Shown here: piece by piece, positions 54,601-58,243 of the stretch
Layout: every line of letters begins with the position of its first letter
Position numbering within the stretch: position 1 is the first letter of the stretch
NCBI GenBank assembly: GCA_001642005.1
Contig: LWCA01000079.1
Span: 1-58,243 of the forward strand
Reading direction: 5' to 3'
From: Intoshia linei
Taxonomy: Eukaryota > Animalia > Orthonectida
Length of the DNA stretch: 58,243 nt
Made by a program: the position numbers and the translations under genes
The notes under the pieces: model-generated
Told to the model about the DNA's origin: nothing
Database searches by the model: none
The model's input: the letters and a program-made list of their open reading frames with translations, nothing else

Positions 54601-57593
54601 TGATACTTTAGAAAAATCTGATTTTTTGGTTTTTATAGTAAAGGTATTTATCTAAAAATGCCTTTAATACCAGAATCATCAACGCCCAAGAATTGAGAAA
54701 AAGTATCTTTAGAAGTAGAATAATTTAAAGTTTTTAAAAATATAGATAAAAATGTGTAATAATTATGTGTAATAGTCTATTACACTATTACTCTATTACT
54801 TAAAAAGTACAAAGTAGAAAATTTTCAAAATAATAAGCAAGTTTATAAATTACTTTTGCATTCATTACTTTGAAAATATCTACCGTTGCATCGACCACAT
54901 TCATCAGCATTTAATTTACTCCCACAATCAATACCTATATATTAAAAATATAATTATAATTATTACTACTTCAAATAACACAATCCAACACTAAAAAACT
55001 GCAAGGGATGATGAATGCATCATCTTTTCGTCTCAATAAGCTGATCAACTTAATACCAATTTCATTTTTAAATCACGTCAACATTTTTGTTAAATTATAA
55101 ATTAAATTTTCAAATTATTGTACATTGCTGGTAAAATAAAAACAGATTTGTTTTGTGTGGTCATATTTTAAATAAAAATTATTTGTATGATAAAATTAAT
55201 TTTTTAAACTAAAGGGGTTATAAAATAAAAAAATTATACTTAGAATCTAGGCCAGTGATGCCAAAAATATGACACGCGTGTTATATTTGACACGCTGGTA
55301 AAAAGCTTATTTGAAAAATTAACTCAATAGTGTGTAATAATAGAAAAGTATACATAGCTATAATTATTTATCATTTAAAAGTGACACACCAACTGAAAAG
55401 TCTTGCCATCATTGATATAGGGCCTAAAATCTAGGCCATGGACATTTATTATTACCAACCATACTATAACTAATTATACTATGTGTTATACGTTTATTTG
55501 AATAACTACCAGTCTTAGAATTTTATAAAGTCCACATTTCCAATTACAGTTTTTTCCAGAGGTGTTAACAAAATAAATTTCAACCTTCCAAACTCACATC
55601 TTACGGGTCAAAAAGCCCAATTGTCCTTTTTGTTGAAAATCAACCAAGTTTGAGAATTTAAAAAAATATATACTCTGATACAGATTTTAAAATCATATAT
55701 ATTATCATAAATTTAAATTTAAAAAAAGTATATCTTCAGGGCCAAAACCACAAATTACCTTTTTTTATGAAGACAGCCCTAGAATTTAAAAAAATTTACA
55801 GATGGTACAGTTGTATCCTGTTAAGTCACACAAAAAATTTCAATCCGAATAAGTAGCGACTTCACGGTCAAAAAAAGCATTTTAATATTTATATATTTTT
55901 TTTCCGAAATATTTTATTAAAACAAAAAATGTGAAATAATTAACAGTCTGAAAATTAAAATAAAAAGATTATTCTGATAGAGCTTATTCCAGTTAATATA
56001 AATACAAAATTTCAACCCCTGAAATCTACGCATTCCCGGTGAAATTTAATTTTTAATATATCATCACGTTGATATATGATTACCATAGGTTACTAACCTT
56101 ATAATAATACTTAGTGATAGTTTCATCAGTATACATTATCTAGAGCAGGAGTGCACAACCTTACCACTAATTCAGCCACAATGCTAATTTTCTCATTGAT
56201 ACTACGGTCGCACAAAATTTACTTATAAATTGAGAAAGTTTACGCTGAAAATAAAGTTTAGGTCTAATAAAATAGTTATCTTTAAATTTTAATATCAGCA
56301 AGTTTTAATTAATAATTTTCAATTAAAATTAATCCTTAATTCACTCATATAAATTAATACCACATTTGTCATTTATCTGAATCGGAATAAATATCAATAT
56401 TAGGATTAATGCAGTGCTTCTTATGGGGTGACTGGTCACCCCATAAGGGGTAAATACAAAAATTTTAGATGATTGTAGGCAAATCTAAAATTTTCAGCAT
56501 ATTTCATTCAATCATCTAATTTAGTAAAATCTTATAAGAAAAAACCAAAATTTTACCAAATCTTGAGGAAAAAAATCTCCCTTAACCAATATTTTTAAGA
56601 AAAATCCATTTTTACCAAACTTTTAGAACAAAAACTACTTTATATGATCCCAAAAGAAAAAACCCAATTTTAACAACCCTTAATGAAAAAAAACCGCTTT
56701 TACCAATTTTTTTCTGAAAAATCCCATTTTACCAAATTTTTAGATCAATAATTTCTCTATCTGATTCCAAAAGAAAAAATCTAATTTTAAAAAAATTTGA
56801 AAAATCCCCTTTTACCAATATTTATTTGAAAAAACATTAATCATTAATGTTTCGGTAAATAATTAATAATAATTAGACAACAGAAAAAAGTTCCAGTAAA
56901 AACCGATTTGATGATACTTTAGAGTGGAAGACATCAAAAAAATTAAAAATAATCATGTCAATATTAATAATTACATAAAAAAAAGATAGCAGTGACTGTC
57001 TTGATTTTGTGTGCCCTTCACTATCATATTAAAATCATTATTTAAATAACATTTGACAACTGGGGCAAATTCAAGAATGTAACTTTTTGATTAAAATATT
57101 TTAAATAGCCCTTGAATAAAATCTGATTTCAACTTTTCAATTTGAAGTAAAATGATATATTCCATTATTATCAGTTGAATTGGCTACCGCTGCACATCAA
57201 CGCTCTCACAGCAGCACGTTGTGCACCCCTGATCTAGTGTCTAAACATTTATTGTATAACTATCATCAAAAGAATTATGTTGGAATAATTTAAAATGTAT
57301 ATTATTATTATATGAATGAATTACGTTTGCATGAATTTGAACCATAAAATCCAATAATTTTATAAACGTTTCTATCAATACATCTTTCGCATTTTGATAA
57401 ACTATCAATTACAGTTGTTTCAGTGCATTCTAAGTTAATATCAGTTGAATTGTTAAACGGTTCTGTAGTAAATAAGCCAACTCTAATATATTTCACTTAC
57501 GATAACACTTGTCTGTAAAATAGAATCCACTACATTTTTCGCAACTTGACTTTGTTATAAGTAAACTTGATTTTTGATTCAACGTTTTGCAAT
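36622..57593 (-). CDS. Large cysteine-rich (CxxC/furin-like repeat) surface protein with C-terminal Ly6/uPAR-like domain and GPI-type tail; at least 33 exons, about 1180 aa in window, 5' end not found
   Basis: 31 phase-1/1 exons: 57501-57593, 57325-57429, 54854-54934, 54252-54353, 54103-54186, 53960-54049, 53718-53801, 53563-53640, 53429-53521, 53251-53337, 52874-52954, 52544-52636, 49312-49521, 48653-48757, 47172-47264, 46334-46507, 46173-46256, 45934-46044, 45802-45897, 45647-45742, 45274-45369, 42474-42569, 42225-42317, 41637-41732, 41129-41230, 40004-40099, 39410-39508, 39245-39340, 38930-39025, 38213-38314, 37331-37447. Then 36991-37181 and 36622-36855. All open in frame with GT-AG. Confidence 0.85.
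37773..38190. mobile_element. hAT MITE, inverted relative of 42948-43266
   Basis: GGGGTTCTTAAAC ... CCCACTTTGAGAACCCCT termini; internal similarity to the 42948 copy. Confidence 0.6.
42948..43266. mobile_element. hAT MITE nested in a Helitron
   Basis: CAGGGGTTTGAAAA...TTTGAGAATTCCTG; perfect 8-bp TSD ATCTAGAT. Confidence 0.85.
43633..45109 (+). mobile_element. Internally deleted Ty3/Gypsy LTR retrotransposon
   Basis: LTRs 43633-43771 and 44972-45109 (TG..CA); PPT TTGGAGGGAGA; 5-bp TSD AATAG; protease-like LIDTSA; RT motifs RFIVDFRGLN, TIDLSKG, LPFGL, YMDDII. No gag, RNase H or integrase seen. Confidence 0.93.
48481..48623. mobile_element. piggyBac-type MITE (143 bp)
   Basis: TTAA|CCCTTTGACTGT ... 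ACAGTGAAAGGG|TTAA. Confidence 0.85.
49738..51915 (+). mobile_element. hATm-type DNA transposon with both ends and a disrupted transposase
   Basis: TIR TAGGGTGGACATA/TATGTCCACCCTA; perfect 8-bp TSD ATGTATAG; fragments QFDGK, CDTTATNTG..NG, CRFHILDL, NARW, NEICER. Confidence 0.9.
55253..55414. mobile_element. hAT1-like MITE
   Basis: CAGTGATGCCAAAAATATGACACGCGTG ... CTTGCCATCATTG; related end at about 52400-52434. Confidence 0.7.
55470..56060 (+). mobile_element. Helitron-like repeat, long 5'/core fragment
   Basis: About 590 bp collinear with the reverse complement of 13340-13910. Confidence 0.8.
56146..57231. mobile_element. Non-autonomous hAT element containing a 31-bp-unit tandem array (about 56520-56830)
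   Basis: CAGGAGTGCACAAC...GTTGTGCACCCCTG; TSD ATCTAGAG/ATCTAGTG. Confidence 0.8.
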
Positions 57594-57762
57594 CTGAGAA
57601 AAAATACGATATATGCTAACAATGATGTAGTAATTATATACATATTATATTATTAACTATATTAATATACAGTACAACGGATTTTAGTATGTTGAGATCT
57701 AGTGATAAGCTGCATATATAAATCACTAAATGCTGGTTTACTTATGAAAATATCATAAATCA

Positions 57763-57926
57763 TAACTTATATAATATGCTACGCGATTTTTGTTTGTGTG
57801 TGTCTGTGTGTTCTGCTTTATTTAAATAACTACCCGTGTTAGAATTTTATAAAGTGTACATTTTAATTACAGTTTTTTCCGGGGGTTTTCGCAAACTTAA
57901 TTTCAACCTCTCAAACTCAGATCTTA
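57763..57926 (+). mobile_element. Helitron-like 5' fragment interrupted by mariner
   Basis: TAACTTATATAATATGCTACGCG start; breaks at ATCT|TA. Confidence 0.75.
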
Positions 57927-58243
57927 TTAGGTCGTTTCATAAGTAATGTCGTTTTTTTAACAAAATTAAAAAGTTTATTTGATTACATTAAAAATAAAGT
58001 TATATTATAAAATATTCAACATTGCTTTCCAGTCTTTTTCCAACGTTCCGGTAGTCTATTTATACTATTAGCATAAAAAATCGCTACTTTATTGGACAAA
58101 AACTTTTCTATGTCCAATTTTAACCCTTCATTTGAAATGTATTTTTTATCATAGTAATGGTTACTCATAGCAATGGTTACTCATAGCAATAAATAGGTAA
58201 TAATCAGATGGTGCTAAGTCTGGTGAATACGGTGGATGTGGTA
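57927..58243 (-). mobile_element. Mariner transposon, 3' end (degenerate)
   Basis: TA|TTAGGTCGTTTCATAAGTAATGTCG TIR; minus translation PHPPYSPDLAPSDYYLF...RLPERW; a short tandem duplication disrupts the frame. Confidence 0.9.

Noticed and set aside
56420-56447. Perfect 13-bp stem as a terminator or ncRNA
   Set aside because: Lies inside a hAT element next to a CAGTGCTTCT terminus; typical MITE subterminal palindrome.
36622-57593. Proprotein convertase (PCSK5/furin) or EGFR identity for the cysteine-rich gene
   Set aside because: No subtilisin, P or L domains in the window and no cytoplasmic tail; it ends in an LU domain and GPI-type signal. The 5' end is unseen, so this is not absolutely excluded.

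Overview
AT-rich eukaryotic (animal) genomic DNA with GT-AG introns of two sizes: about 35-60 nt, or kilobase introns filled with transposons. The compact, divergent gene set resembles a reduced, ciliated invertebrate parasite such as an orthonectid; this taxonomic guess is unverified. Exons were assembled by hand. From 1 to 6.5 kb lies the 5' part of DAW1/WDR69 (minus strand) with a piggyBac relic. From 9.9 to 32 kb is a very tightly packed cluster: an orphan gene, choline kinase, LIN7, an SPT2-like gene, RPL27A, FEN1, RBM39, pyruvate dehydrogenase phosphatase and UBE2K, with spacers of 9-129 bp at seven of eight junctions. At 34 kb is an intronless orphan membrane-protein ORF. From 36.6 to 57.6 kb (minus strand) is a large gene the ORF track mostly misses. 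It has at least 33 exons, 31 of them symmetric phase-1/1 cassettes carrying CxxC modules, and ends in a Ly6/uPAR-like three-finger domain and a GPI-type tail. This VSP-like modular surface protein is the best candidate for a new system. Introns hold a high-copy non-autonomous Helitron, hAT/hATm, piggyBac, mariner/pogo and MULE-like foldback elements, and a deleted Gypsy LTR element, often nested.
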